Of a stretch of DNA of 64,000 nucleotides, positions 19,801-29,370 are shown piece by piece (within the stretch, counting starts at the first letter, position 1; every line of letters starts with the position of its first letter). The notes below the pieces were generated by a model, which did not search any database, had not been told where the DNA came from, and worked only from the letters and a program-made list of their open reading frames with translations. The translations under genes were made by a program, and so were the position numbers. This DNA comes from a virus (taxonomy: Duplodnaviria; Caudoviricetes), in IMG/VR virus record IMGVR_UViG_3300013936_000002, positions 1-64,000 of that record. One strand, 5' to 3'.

Positions 19801-20616
19801 AGCAGTTCCTAAAGGTATAGCATTCCAAGCCACACCATTAACACCATATAATATTTGTAAGTCATCACTGCTAGCATTATTAAAACAACTCATTGAATAA
19901 TATCGCCCTGATAATCCATCAACAAGACTATAAAATGTTAGTTCAGTTGTATTACCATTACAAGTTACTACCCCATCAGCAATATCTACCTTTATGCCGT
20001 ATGAACCACTATAATATTTGGTTGGTATCGTACTACCACTTACTAATATTGGTTTGATTTCTAAGTTATCAAAAGTTGTTGCTACATTATTACTTTGAAT
20101 TTTTAAATCACATTTTGAATAAACACTTGTATTCCAAGTAAAGCTATCCTTTTTAGTTAAAAATTGAGCTGTCCCATCTATTTTAATTAAATCAATTTGC
20201 ATATAAAAATAATCGTTATTTGATATATCATTAAATGAATAAGTAGCACCATCTTCTAATAAATTTTGTATATTTTGATAATGAATAATTGAATAAGTAC
20301 CATCAGTTGTACCATTAATTGTTATAATACCATCTTTGATTGAGTATGTAATTCCATTAGTCGTTGTTTCTTCTTTATCAGGAATATTCAATAAATTAAC
20401 GCTCTTGCCAATATAGTATGTTCCATCTTCAATCCTTATTTTGTTAGCATTTGCATCCTCAATTTTTGTTGCACCATTAAAAGAAGTAGCATATTTTATT
20501 TCACCTACGCTATCTTCTATTACATCACCATTTACTTTTGCTACTTCGCTATTAAATGGCGTTCTATATGGCTCACTCATTATCAGTGCTTGTTTTCTCT
20601 TTAACTTTTTATTCAT
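16861..20616 (-). CDS. large receptor-binding/tail fibre protein with tandem beta-rich modules
   Basis: 1251 aa; repeated NL...G[ILV]TY...[NS]GT to KPxLVxG...P module; DNA-level repeat near 19470 and 20222. Confidence 0.7.
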   Translation of the reverse strand: MNKKLKRKQALIMSEPYRTPFNSEVAKVNGDVIEDSVGEIKYATSFNGATKIEDANANKIRIEDGTYYIGKSVNLLNIPDKEETTTNGITYSIKDGIITINGTTDGTYSIIHYQNIQNLLEDGATYSFNDISNNDYFYMQIDLIKIDGTAQFLTKKDSFTWNTSVYSKCDLKIQSNNVATTFDNLEIKPILVSGSTIPTKYYSGSYGIKVDIADGVVTCNGNTTELTFYSLVDGLSGRYYSMSCFNNASSDDLQILYGVNGVAWNAIPLGTANASRSIDFLENQTNISFTIRVNPNTELDNAIIKPMLVLGSTAPTSFEPNFKNLLEIGDLSERTKDGLTYYYKNGMIVVNGTSNGGYTHIYDNSLGAENFEDGATYSFNDISNDNNLYLQFSLAKKDGTTQYLTKKNSFVWDSNIYSICYIAVQTAPTITTFNNIVIKPTFVKSSVIPSQFIPFANPYFVSLGQNGIVQYNGLEPREIDLKGNVISKINNQASDKLSNYALTKNTKVVDLGSFNWSDSNTQTSGIIRWASNQLASDILHPNATNIAPNLLCTRYDTITADQTFTKIKGITLDQFGNLIIYDPAYNTSDKLEEFKKAIRGTLLMYQTKNPTTINTTSFKTFKEDTNATISDDNFTSSPNAITETFKPTRSYDFKVNGFSNLIKSSNLFFLPNIASTTLLGLTYNASNQKMTVSGTSTQQYIVFYSKDMTDKMVVGKTYVLQCSSNSLSLILQASIKKTDGTYEYFVSYDNPKFTWASDYESVQISVQDSSPSGTTVNLSNVTFGLYETDNVSIPYEPYFDPYIESFADKKNLLELHDTKGTIAGVTYSIKNGVVALNGTPTGITSETWLWFDFVKTLNGSYSFNSFIPEEVSFVNGMRIILYDKKSEINFISLADGEKSATKTISNYECKKIGFSIYPKQVFKNLVFKLMFVEGNKIPTTFLPYQDKYSAFLNVKGKNLFDNVNTPIIFVTFSGSNQIVYRYAGNVSKVIYLKKGKYTFKSDKNMIIGKVINWTGDLGSKVGEVVKGFSATIELEKDMYVLITNNYRYEYNLLFETLIVVEGDQIPEYEPYYSFTKEVLIKQPLRKFDYLTYEGVYRQTNEIVLDGTNNLFMSDNGTIQVLNIPNVDSLNTDYAINYASQLMVTTSDLPLVPCRDIQVDAKKGIGTNNGVIYIKLDDSTDNSLNNWTVEKVNNYFKQNPITITYKTVDQTFEATSLTRLLLKNGYNKITPYDSINNNAIVEYLEYYKSKGD

Positions 20617-20617
20617 C

Positions 20618-21334
20618 CTAATAACCCCTTACTACTGCTTGGAATCCGCCTTTGTCCTTCCAAAAGATTATTGAATAATGCTTGTTTGTGTCAGGAACAA
20701 AAGTATGAGTATTAGAACAATCTTCTCCAGTAAATGTTATTGTACTTGTTGTTGTAAATGCTACTAATGTCGATCCTGTTGTAAATGATATTTCACTTAA
20801 GTATTCATCACTTGCATCAGTTGGCATTATAAAGCTAAAATCACTTGTAATAGGTGATTCTAATTGATAATTGTGTAAGTCTAATAAAATATTGTCGGTT
20901 GGTAAAACATTGCTTAAAATGGTTTTTTGCTCAAACTTTCCTTCATTAAAAGTATCTTGTTTTTCTTTGAAATGTTTTAAACCATCAAATCCAATAATAA
21001 GTTTAGATGTATCAGTGTAAGAAAAATAAACTTGAAAATAAGATTGACTAGGTGAACTTGCTTCAGAAGAAGTATCTAAATCACCTAAAACTATATTCAC
21101 ATTACAATCTTTTAATGTGATATCGAATGAATCTGAAGTAAGAGTATACTCAACATTGTTGATTATCACTTTACGATTTCCAAAAGATTGAACTCCTGAA
21201 ATAGGTGAGATTAAACAATTTTCACCTAAATCTTGACCGTTAACTGCCAATACCCAATCTTGACTTGAGTCTGGATCTGGTGTGTAATATAATTCATTAT
21301 TTGTAAAGCCACTAAAATTAAGTTTAAATGCCAT
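20618..21334 (-). CDS. tail-associated protein
   Basis: Within tail fibre cluster; beta-rich C-terminal domain. Confidence 0.55.
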   Translation of the reverse strand: MAFKLNFSGFTNNELYYTPDPDSSQDWVLAVNGQDLGENCLISPISGVQSFGNRKVIINNVEYTLTSDSFDITLKDCNVNIVLGDLDTSSEASSPSQSYFQVYFSYTDTSKLIIGFDGLKHFKEKQDTFNEGKFEQKTILSNVLPTDNILLDLHNYQLESPITSDFSFIMPTDASDEYLSEISFTTGSTLVAFTTTSTITFTGEDCSNTHTFVPDTNKHYSIIFWKDKGGFQAVVRGY

Positions 21335-21349
21335 AATCTATCTCTCCTT

Positions 21350-22180
21350 TTAATTAAACATTAAATCAATCAAATCATTAGATGCTAAATTTTCACTTGT
21401 AAAATAAGTTACACCTTCTTTTTCAAGTAATACTGTTCCACTTTTTTTAGCAGGAAATTTAATAATGTAAGAAGTATTGTTTCTTTTATCTTTTTGAACG
21501 AATTTGAAAGTATAATCAAGAATATCAGGATCATAATTATATATTTGTGAAAGATAATCCTCATTTTCAAAATTAATTTTTCCCATATAGTATGTCGAAG
21601 CGATTGATTCACCCATTAATGATATTCCACGAAAATCACCATAATATTCTGATAAATCTTTATCAAAATAACTAAATCGCAGCATTGTATCATTATATGC
21701 ATAAAGAGTTTGTATTTTGCGTGGATTAAGTCGAAGAGTATCTTCGTTAACTGCGACAGTAAAGTCATTATGACCACTTTGTATTGGGTGTGGAAAATTT
21801 AAAGTCACATCAGCAAGTTCAGTATAATGACCAAATTGAAAAGTAATATAATTAGGAAATGTCCAAACTTTTTGTTGAAATAATTTATCTTTAAAATAAG
21901 ACAACATTTGTGTTGAGACAATTTTTAATGATTCTGAAAAGTTAATCGTAATATTGATTGTATCACTTCCACTTCCACTTCCACTTGATTGACCAACGAC
22001 TACTATATTTTGATTAGCTAAATTTAATGTCACATTATTAGAATAAGTATTATTATTAATTTTAGTTCCTGCTCCAGATTCAATAGTAATCACATCACCA
22101 TCTTTTAATGTATATGGACTATCGACTAAAGATTTATTAACAAATAGATAGCAATTTGAAAAAGTTAATGTATAAGCCAT
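21350..22180 (-). CDS. tail-associated protein
   Basis: Within tail fibre cluster; C-terminal ASNDLIDLMF motif similar to GTNADIDAIF of the upstream gene. Confidence 0.55.
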   Translation of the reverse strand: MAYTLTFSNCYLFVNKSLVDSPYTLKDGDVITIESGAGTKINNNTYSNNVTLNLANQNIVVVGQSSGSGSGSDTINITINFSESLKIVSTQMLSYFKDKLFQQKVWTFPNYITFQFGHYTELADVTLNFPHPIQSGHNDFTVAVNEDTLRLNPRKIQTLYAYNDTMLRFSYFDKDLSEYYGDFRGISLMGESIASTYYMGKINFENEDYLSQIYNYDPDILDYTFKFVQKDKRNNTSYIIKFPAKKSGTVLLEKEGVTYFTSENLASNDLIDLMFN

Positions 22181-22195
22181 GTTTATCTCTCCTTT

Positions 22196-24091
22196 CTAAA
22201 ATATAGCATCTATATCAGCATTTGTACCATAAGGTAAATTATTCTCAATTGCTGAATCTATATCATCTGTCAATGCAACTGTGCCACCATTATCATCTCT
22301 TAACTTAAAATCATAATCAGTATAAGTAATGTTACCTGAAGTGTGAGGTATTCTAATTTTAAAAGTAGAATATTGCAACATTAATATTACATTATCATTA
22401 AAATTAATGAAATTGCTAATTTTCAGCATATTTAATTTTAATATATCATCAAGAGTAAAAGTAGAACTACCTTCTTTAGAAAAAGGTGGTAAAACAACTT
22501 GTTTCTTTTGCCCGGTTATTTCAGTACCATCATGTTCTAATATCAAATTACCATCACTATCTACATTAATATCTGTAGGCATTACTTTAGTTAAATTCTC
22601 TAAAGCAGTACTTGTAGCATTTGAGATTGGTTTATCTAAATCACTTGTGTTATCAACATTGCCTAAACCAACTTGTTCTTTTGTAACACCATGTGGATTC
22701 TCTTTATTGGCAACATGATTATCAAAAGTTGTGACTTTATCACTTGTAATATTACTATTAATAGCTGCTAATTGTGCAGCGGTAAATGGAGTATCATTGA
22801 CTTTAAATTGTGGTTTCCATGTGCCAACTGTTTCTTCATCAGTCTTAACATAGATATATCTCCAGCCTTCATTGTTATGAGTTTCATCTTGTTCAACATA
22901 AGCATAATCATTATTTGTTGCTTTTGTAGGATTGTCATTTTGCCATTTTAATAAATCTGCATAAGTAACAAATGAACCAATAAAATATGCAGCACTTGAG
23001 TTAATACTTGAGTTAACAAAGTTTTTATCAGCTAATTGATTATCTTTATTCGCTTGTGCTGGAATTAATGCTTTAATATCGTTTGTTTCACTAATTGGAG
23101 TATAATTAGCTAAATCACTTGTTAAAGCGAATGTCCCACTCTTTGCAGGAAAAATATGTTGATAAAAATTATTACCTGCTTGTCTTAATATTTGGTTTAC
23201 ATAAAAGTTTGCATAATTATTATTTCTAATTAAAGCAATCGTTGGATTGCCAGCTTCAAAGCCTAAATGGATTTGAGTCGTATTATCATATTTCAATATA
23301 AAATCATTCAAATTTTGTTTTAAATATCTATTATCACCAAAACCAAGATTTAAAGCATCTTTATTATTAACTGGATCGTTTGTAATGATTTTACCTTGAC
23401 CATCATAAGTAACGATAGCATTAGCTAAAGCTTCACTTGATAAAGGTAAAAAACCATCAGCATTTCCGATTGTATATGCTTTCCAATTTCCACCAGTATA
23501 AGCAATTTTATCAACCTTGCCATTTAATTGTTCGACATTAACAGCATCATCATTTTCTACACCTTTTGAGATTTTGATTCTACCTTCATTGTTTCTTTGA
23601 ACTAATGCACCACCAGTATTGCCAATATCAATAGGAATTAAAGTTACATCATTATCAGTTTGAGTGTATACTCCCCATTTATTTAATGGTTTAAGTTTAC
23701 TTACTTTTGTATCAATTTTATTATAAATAGCACTTATATCACATTTTATCTCAGTATCATTCGATAAAACAAATACTAAGTTTTTGTTAGTATCATCTAA
23801 ATAAATTTCTTTAATTAAATATTCGGTTGGTAAATCTATTGAAGATGTTTGTAAGATAGTACCATCTTTTGCTAATAATTCTAAAGTAATAACACCATTA
23901 GCTGGATTATAATTAAACTTAATATTTGAACCATAAGATCCAGTAATAATATTACCATCACCATCTTTATTTGCTTTATCAACGGTTAAATCACCATCAA
24001 TAATACCTTCAATTCCATCTTCAATATTATTTAAATGGTAAGCATCAAGTTGACTTTCTTCATCAACCCATATATATCTTTTGTAAGCCAT
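22196..24091 (-). CDS. tail fibre protein
   Basis: LDAYHLNNIEDGI N-terminus, NDDAVNVEQL and HVANKENPHGVTKEQVGLGNVDNTSDLDKPIS fibre motifs. Confidence 0.75.
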   Translation of the reverse strand: MAYKRYIWVDEESQLDAYHLNNIEDGIEGIIDGDLTVDKANKDGDGNIITGSYGSNIKFNYNPANGVITLELLAKDGTILQTSSIDLPTEYLIKEIYLDDTNKNLVFVLSNDTEIKCDISAIYNKIDTKVSKLKPLNKWGVYTQTDNDVTLIPIDIGNTGGALVQRNNEGRIKISKGVENDDAVNVEQLNGKVDKIAYTGGNWKAYTIGNADGFLPLSSEALANAIVTYDGQGKIITNDPVNNKDALNLGFGDNRYLKQNLNDFILKYDNTTQIHLGFEAGNPTIALIRNNNYANFYVNQILRQAGNNFYQHIFPAKSGTFALTSDLANYTPISETNDIKALIPAQANKDNQLADKNFVNSSINSSAAYFIGSFVTYADLLKWQNDNPTKATNNDYAYVEQDETHNNEGWRYIYVKTDEETVGTWKPQFKVNDTPFTAAQLAAINSNITSDKVTTFDNHVANKENPHGVTKEQVGLGNVDNTSDLDKPISNATSTALENLTKVMPTDINVDSDGNLILEHDGTEITGQKKQVVLPPFSKEGSSTFTLDDILKLNMLKISNFINFNDNVILMLQYSTFKIRIPHTSGNITYTDYDFKLRDDNGGTVALTDDIDSAIENNLPYGTNADIDAIF

Positions 24092-24258
24092 TATAAATCT
24101 TTAACCTCCCTTTTTAATAAAAAAGTTGTTTCACCACAAAATAAACTAGGACTACAAATAGCAATAGTATCATAGTTTCCCCACCAGCCTTCAACTACTG
24201 TGGTAAAAAACTTATCCATATAATCTTTTGTTGTTACTTTATCTTGTAGTTTTTCCAT
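24091..24258 (-). CDS. small hypothetical protein (55 aa, not in ORF track)
   Basis: GGAG RBS, MEKLQDKVTTKDYMDKFF...REVKDL*, TAATG overlap with the next gene. Confidence 0.65.
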   Translation of the reverse strand: MEKLQDKVTTKDYMDKFFTTVVEGWWGNYDTIAICSPSLFCGETTFLLKREVKDL

Positions 24259-24275
24259 ATGTTTTAATCTCCAAT

Positions 24276-24995
24276 TTAAATTATACTAAAGATAGTTTTA
24301 ATTATATCAATAGTATTATCATCACCTGATATAAAATAATATTGTTCATTTTCTTTTACAACTTTTGCATTATGTTTATTTAACATGTTAGTAAAAGTAT
24401 CTTTATTTTTAATTTTAATTTTTTCAATTCTTGTCGTAGATACATCTTTAACTTTCTTACTATCTAATAATATGAAATAACCATTAGAAGATTTTTCTAC
24501 ATTTTTATTTTTTTGTCTTGCTATGAAATTTAATGTATTAACTGCATCTTCCCAATCATCAGTATAATAACTTAAATCTTCAATTAATTTACCATTAACA
24601 TATTCTTTGATAATATATTCATCATAATCATTTTTTCTTTTTACTAATGTTATATAATGATTTGAACGAGGAGCATCATTTAAATTAATAACTAAAGTAT
24701 TGTCATCTTCCCAAGCAATGTTATCACATTTAATATTGTCTTTTTTTAATGCTGCTTTAATTTTACCCATTACTTCATCTTCAATTTTAAAATTATTTAA
24801 TTTTTTAGAATCAAACAATTCTTTTTTCTTATCTAAATAATCATAAGAATATTGTTTGTTTCTATCAGTAATATAAAGTTTGCTATCTTTGACTTTGCAA
24901 CTAAAATTAAATGATTTTCCTAAATCTTCATTTTTATATTTGATAGGTTTATTTAAGCTATTTAATGCAGTTTTTAAATTATTTAATTTCATCAT
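24276..24995 (-). CDS. modular protein with D-S-K linkers (putative capsid cargo polyprotein)
   Basis: KVKDSK, FDSKK, LDSKKVKD motifs separate unrelated segments. Confidence 0.6.
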   Translation of the reverse strand: MMKLNNLKTALNSLNKPIKYKNEDLGKSFNFSCKVKDSKLYITDRNKQYSYDYLDKKKELFDSKKLNNFKIEDEVMGKIKAALKKDNIKCDNIAWEDDNTLVINLNDAPRSNHYITLVKRKNDYDEYIIKEYVNGKLIEDLSYYTDDWEDAVNTLNFIARQKNKNVEKSSNGYFILLDSKKVKDVSTTRIEKIKIKNKDTFTNMLNKHNAKVVKENEQYYFISGDDNTIDIIKTIFSII

Positions 24996-24998
24996 AAA

Positions 24999-25742
24999 TT
25001 ATCTCCTATTTTTATCTCTTCTTTTAATATCTGCCCTTAATCTTTTTTCATATTCATTTTTATCAGATAAAATTATTTGTCTAGTTTGATTAATTAAATC
25101 TTTAATTTCTTTTAATCCTTCGTTAACTATTTCATCAAATAACTTAAGAGTTTCTTCAAAAGAAAAATAATTACCAATACCATTTTGCTCAACAGTCATA
25201 TATAAAGAATTTAAATGATAAATAACATCATCAAATGTTAGTTTAAAAAGTTTTTCTTTTAAATCTTCATAAGAAATAGAAGATTTAAAATTTTCTTCAA
25301 AATCATTATCTTCATCTGAATCACTAAAAGACATAATTAAATCGGCATATCTATCCCATAAAATATTTAATAATTGTTCATATTCTTCATCAGTAATATC
25401 ACCTCTATTATGTGCAAAATCAATACGCCTTTCAACATAATCATCAGGTTCAACTGTTTCAACATGTTTTTTTAATTTTTCAAATCTTGATGAACCATCA
25501 TAAATAGGACTATCAATAGGTTTATATTTTTCATCATTACAATCAATAATTAAATACTCTAAATTATCTTCTTTTTCTAAATCATTTTTAACTTTTTTAG
25601 CATTTGATAAAGTCATTTCATGTCTTTCAACAATAGCATTATAACCATAAGTATGCCATCTTGATTCTAAGACAATTGCATAACCTTTCTTAATATCAAC
25701 TACTTTTAATTCTGCATCTTCAAAATAAACTTTGTTTTTCAT
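24999..25742 (-). CDS. modular protein (putative capsid cargo)
   Basis: Short leader ending FED-A, internal IYD-G and FSD-S boundaries; located in head module. Confidence 0.5.
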   Translation of the reverse strand: MKNKVYFEDAELKVVDIKKGYAIVLESRWHTYGYNAIVERHEMTLSNAKKVKNDLEKEDNLEYLIIDCNDEKYKPIDSPIYDGSSRFEKLKKHVETVEPDDYVERRIDFAHNRGDITDEEYEQLLNILWDRYADLIMSFSDSDEDNDFEENFKSSISYEDLKEKLFKLTFDDVIYHLNSLYMTVEQNGIGNYFSFEETLKLFDEIVNEGLKEIKDLINQTRQIILSDKNEYEKRLRADIKRRDKNRR

Positions 25743-25769
25743 TTTCTTTCTCCTTTTAATTTATTTTTT

Positions 25770-26249
25770 TTAATTTGACCCTGGTATAGGTCCAGATGTT
25801 ATAACCATTATACTTGGAACACCTTTACTTGTTAACAATGCAATTAATTCTGCACCATAAGCACTTTTGTTCCACCATACATATTCAGAACCATTAACTA
25901 AACTTTTATCTAAATCAAACGATTTACTAAACCCACCAACTGTTGCATTAGTTAATAACCCCTTAGTAACACCACCAGCAATACTACCTAATGTAGATCC
26001 ACCTGGATTTTGTTCGCTTTGACCAATGATATATAAATAATGCGCAATACATAAACTCATAGCATATTTCCAATCACTACCAAATATTGAATAAAATATT
26101 TTATTATTAGCGATTGGATATAAATTGTCAAAAGCTACTTTACCTTCATCAGTCTCCATGTATTTTTTATATTCTCTTCTCCAAAATAAAAAATCAGCTA
26201 TTGTAAATGGTGGATTTTCTTTATCAGTATTAATTCCAACAATTGCCAT
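25770..26249 (-). CDS. DUF4054-like head-tail adaptor
   Basis: AMSLCIAHYL, ATVGGFSKSF, WWNKSAYGAEL motifs. Confidence 0.8.
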   Translation of the reverse strand: MAIVGINTDKENPPFTIADFLFWRREYKKYMETDEGKVAFDNLYPIANNKIFYSIFGSDWKYAMSLCIAHYLYIIGQSEQNPGGSTLGSIAGGVTKGLLTNATVGGFSKSFDLDKSLVNGSEYVWWNKSAYGAELIALLTSKGVPSIMVITSGPIPGSN

Positions 26250-26252
26250 AAA

Positions 26253-27059
26253 TTACTCCTTTATTTTAATTGACCAACCATAAGTTGGTGAATGTATAAC
26301 TTCGGTTTGATAATCAAAATTCATAATGATAAAATCATTTGTTTTATAAGCAGATTGCATATCATCAAATCCTGCAAGTAAATTTTGCTCTGGTAAAACT
26401 TCGCTATACATAGGAGTATTCATGTCCATGATAGCTTGTTCAAGTTCATCCCATTGTTCATCACTTAATGAATCTTTTACTTTTGAATCACTAAAAACAA
26501 CTTTACCTTTTCTTAAATTCTCAAGCAATTCAATATGATGTGCTTCTTCTTTTAAAATATGACTTAATACATAAATAGCATTTTTATCATCAGTCATAGC
26601 GATTGCATTTTTATAATCTTGAACAGCTTTTCTTTCTTCAGTTAATAAATACTCAAAATCAATGCTTGGTTTCTTTTTAGGTTTTCTACCTCTTTTAGCA
26701 TCATGAATACAATCATTTGTATTATGACTAATAATCAAATCAACGATATGTTCAATATCTAATTTTTTCAAACCAAATGAATCTAAATAATCAGATAATT
26801 CTTCCCTAGTAAAAACTTCATTTTCATCAGTATAATAAAAATTTGAAAGTTTATCAAAATTAATTTTTTTATTATCAACTAAGAAATCAATCGCTTCATC
26901 ACTAGTCATTAAATCATCTAAAGAACTATAATTTTCTTCAGCCCATATTTTGCCTTTATCAATATAATCTCTAGCTAAATCATATTCATCTTCATATTTA
27001 GGTTCTTCAGGAACTGGGTTATCTATATAATCTTTGAGCTTTTTTATTTTGTATTGCAT
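26253..27059 (-). CDS. modular protein containing a ferritin-like two-helix module
   Basis: EERKAVQDY...ILKEEAHHIELL between IHD-A and SDSKVKD-S linkers. Confidence 0.65.
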   Translation of the reverse strand: MQYKIKKLKDYIDNPVPEEPKYEDEYDLARDYIDKGKIWAEENYSSLDDLMTSDEAIDFLVDNKKINFDKLSNFYYTDENEVFTREELSDYLDSFGLKKLDIEHIVDLIISHNTNDCIHDAKRGRKPKKKPSIDFEYLLTEERKAVQDYKNAIAMTDDKNAIYVLSHILKEEAHHIELLENLRKGKVVFSDSKVKDSLSDEQWDELEQAIMDMNTPMYSEVLPEQNLLAGFDDMQSAYKTNDFIIMNFDYQTEVIHSPTYGWSIKIKE

Positions 27060-27121
27060 ATTAAATAATATCCTCCTTTAACTCATTATAACATATCTTT
27101 TTTTTATAATATCATAAATAG

Positions 27122-27152
27122 AAAAAAAGATATAAAAACTTATATCTTTTTT
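27122..27152 (-). terminator. intrinsic terminator after tail tube gene
   Basis: AAAAAAGATATAA-AAAC-TTATATCTTTTT hairpin. Confidence 0.7.
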
Positions 27153-27177
27153 CTTTTTTAAATTAACAATTTAAATT

Positions 27178-27666
27178 TTAAATTGATGGATACATAATTA
27201 CTCTACCACAAGTAAAGCGCCATTCTTGAGTTTGAGATGCTGCTTGGAATTGTTGATCTGGAATTTTAGTTATATAACAATCTTCACAAATACATATTGG
27301 CATACCATCTTCACTTGAATTACTATTAATTGTAATTGTTAAACCTGGATAATTTCCTTGTATTGATTCAAAGATTGAACATAATTGAGTAAGTCTAATT
27401 ACTAAATCTGAGATTTGATTAATGTTAACAGAACAAATACCAGTTTTATCAAGACTTAATTCATGAACCCAAGAACCAGTAGCATCACCTGTTGTTTTCC
27501 AAGCATCGGTATTTCTTGAAACTGTGATTGTTCCAACAAAACTACCTTCACCATTTTCACCTGGTCCACCTATTGCAATACTTCTAGTAGAAATAACACT
27601 TGTTGGAATTTCATCAGGAATAGTAAGAATTAATTGATAATCAGCTAAACTATATCTATTTGTCAT
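27178..27666 (-). CDS. tail tube protein
   Basis: Follows sheath; WKTTGDATGSWV, DCYITKIPD, QEWRF pattern of DUF3277-like tubes. Confidence 0.75.
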   Translation of the reverse strand: MTNRYSLADYQLILTIPDEIPTSVISTRSIAIGGPGENGEGSFVGTITVSRNTDAWKTTGDATGSWVHELSLDKTGICSVNINQISDLVIRLTQLCSIFESIQGNYPGLTITINSNSSEDGMPICICEDCYITKIPDQQFQAASQTQEWRFTCGRVIMYPSI

Positions 27667-27680
27667 TGTTCTTACCTCCT

Positions 27681-28754
27681 TTAATAAACTTCACCAACTA
27701 TATTAATTAATCTAATAGCATAGCTATCAGCTATTAATAAATAAATTCTAGGTAATTGATGTTTTTTCTTTTCTTCATTGGTTAATGATGAAAAAGGCAT
27801 GATAACGAATTTATAGCCCAAAGATAATAATGTATCTTTTTTAATGATAGTTGTTTGCTCAACTACCCAATCTTCTTCTTCCCATACTTTATTTGTAGAT
27901 AAATAACCATTTGTTCTATAACGATTTAATTCATCAACTATTGTATTTGAGATAATATTTAATCCTGTTTGGTTATATCTTAATTTTGATTTTAATACAT
28001 TACATAATCTTTGAGTTAATGTTTGAGTTAACATTATTTTGTAGAAATGATTTACTAAATCTTTTCCTGATGTTGTATTACCACCAATATTGACACTATC
28101 ACCTGTTAATATAATATCAGCATTAAAATTGTTTGCTAATATGTTTTTAACAATGCTATCATCATCAATTAAATAATTTTCGCTATCTTTTTCAATAGTA
28201 AAATTATAATCATTAATTGTTCCATAATAAACATTAATTTTACTTAAATATGCTGCAATGGTCATTTCATAACCTGGTAAACCATTTGCACCAAGGTATT
28301 TAACAATTAAGTTTTCAATGTTTAATGATTCATCTAAATCACTAGCAGTATTAGAATAAGTAATAAACATTTTTTCATAAATACCAGTAAAGAATAAATC
28401 ACTATTTATATTTTCAACTAATGTTTTTGCATCGGTTAAAGTCATATTAAATAATACAACTACTATTTCTTCCATAGGTAAAGTTTTTAATGTATCTTTT
28501 TCTTTACCTTTTTCAACATTTATATAATGAATTTCTTTGCCACCATTGTCAATGAAATATTTTATATATTTTTTTAATGTATCATCTGTATTATCAGGAA
28601 TAGTTGTTGAAGATGTTATTTCAGCAGTATTTTCTCCGTTAAATTTAACACCTGAATTTCCTAATAAAACAATTGTTTCTCTTGATCCACTTAAGGTAGT
28701 AGTTTCATGATAATTAATATTTATGTCAACAAAGTTTTTTAAACTTACACTCAT
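27681..28754 (-). CDS. tail sheath protein (DUF3383-like, short)
   Basis: MSVSLKNFVDININY start; C-terminal LRYNQTGLNII...GYLS...INIVGEV typical of sheath. Confidence 0.75.
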   Translation of the reverse strand: MSVSLKNFVDININYHETTTLSGSRETIVLLGNSGVKFNGENTAEITSSTTIPDNTDDTLKKYIKYFIDNGGKEIHYINVEKGKEKDTLKTLPMEEIVVVLFNMTLTDAKTLVENINSDLFFTGIYEKMFITYSNTASDLDESLNIENLIVKYLGANGLPGYEMTIAAYLSKINVYYGTINDYNFTIEKDSENYLIDDDSIVKNILANNFNADIILTGDSVNIGGNTTSGKDLVNHFYKIMLTQTLTQRLCNVLKSKLRYNQTGLNIISNTIVDELNRYRTNGYLSTNKVWEEEDWVVEQTTIIKKDTLLSLGYKFVIMPFSSLTNEEKKKHQLPRIYLLIADSYAIRLINIVGEVY

Positions 28755-28809
28755 ATTAATACCTCCTTATAATTAGTTTTTATTTTTTTCATTTTATCTT
28801 TTCCTTTCT

Positions 28810-29370
28810 TTAAAATGATTTAACAATAAGATTAGTTTTTAAGCCACTTTCACTACAATTAGTATTAAAGGTTTCTTCATCATCATTTAAATTGATTATG
28901 TTATGTCTTACTTGTAAATTAAATGTAATATCTTTTCTCAACCACATAGTATCATTAATAAACTCATTTACTGAACTTGGATTACTTATACCTTTTAAAT
29001 AAATACCTAAATCATGTAATTGATTAACTACTTGTTCGGTTTTAAATCTTGTACAAATCTTTTGTGAGATGTAATATGAGCTATTGCCATATATTTTCAT
29101 TAAGAAAGTATAATTCGCATTGTAATCAATCGTATTGTCGTTATTAACGATAGCCACATTGCTTTCATTTACATCTTCGTTTAATTCAAAGATTATAAAG
29201 CAATCAGTGGCATCGTAAGACATTTCTTCTTCGCCATTTAATATTTTAGTAAGTTCTGGTCCACGAATACTAAACGCATTTAATATTCTATCAATATCGA
29301 CTTCAGCTTGTTTACTTAATATTTTTCTCAAATTCTTAATAATATCTTCATATCTAATAGCTTTAATCAT
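28810..29370 (-). CDS. neck/tail terminator protein
   Basis: Position before sheath; beta-rich 186 aa. Confidence 0.55.
   Translation of the reverse strand: MIKAIRYEDIIKNLRKILSKQAEVDIDRILNAFSIRGPELTKILNGEEEMSYDATDCFIIFELNEDVNESNVAIVNNDNTIDYNANYTFLMKIYGNSSYYISQKICTRFKTEQVVNQLHDLGIYLKGISNPSSVNEFINDTMWLRKDITFNLQVRHNIINLNDDEETFNTNCSESGLKTNLIVKSF

Noticed and set aside
16861-24091. Diversity-generating retroelement acting on tail fibres
   Set aside because: No reverse transcriptase and no TR/VR pair differing only at adenines was seen; the repeats are domain duplications.
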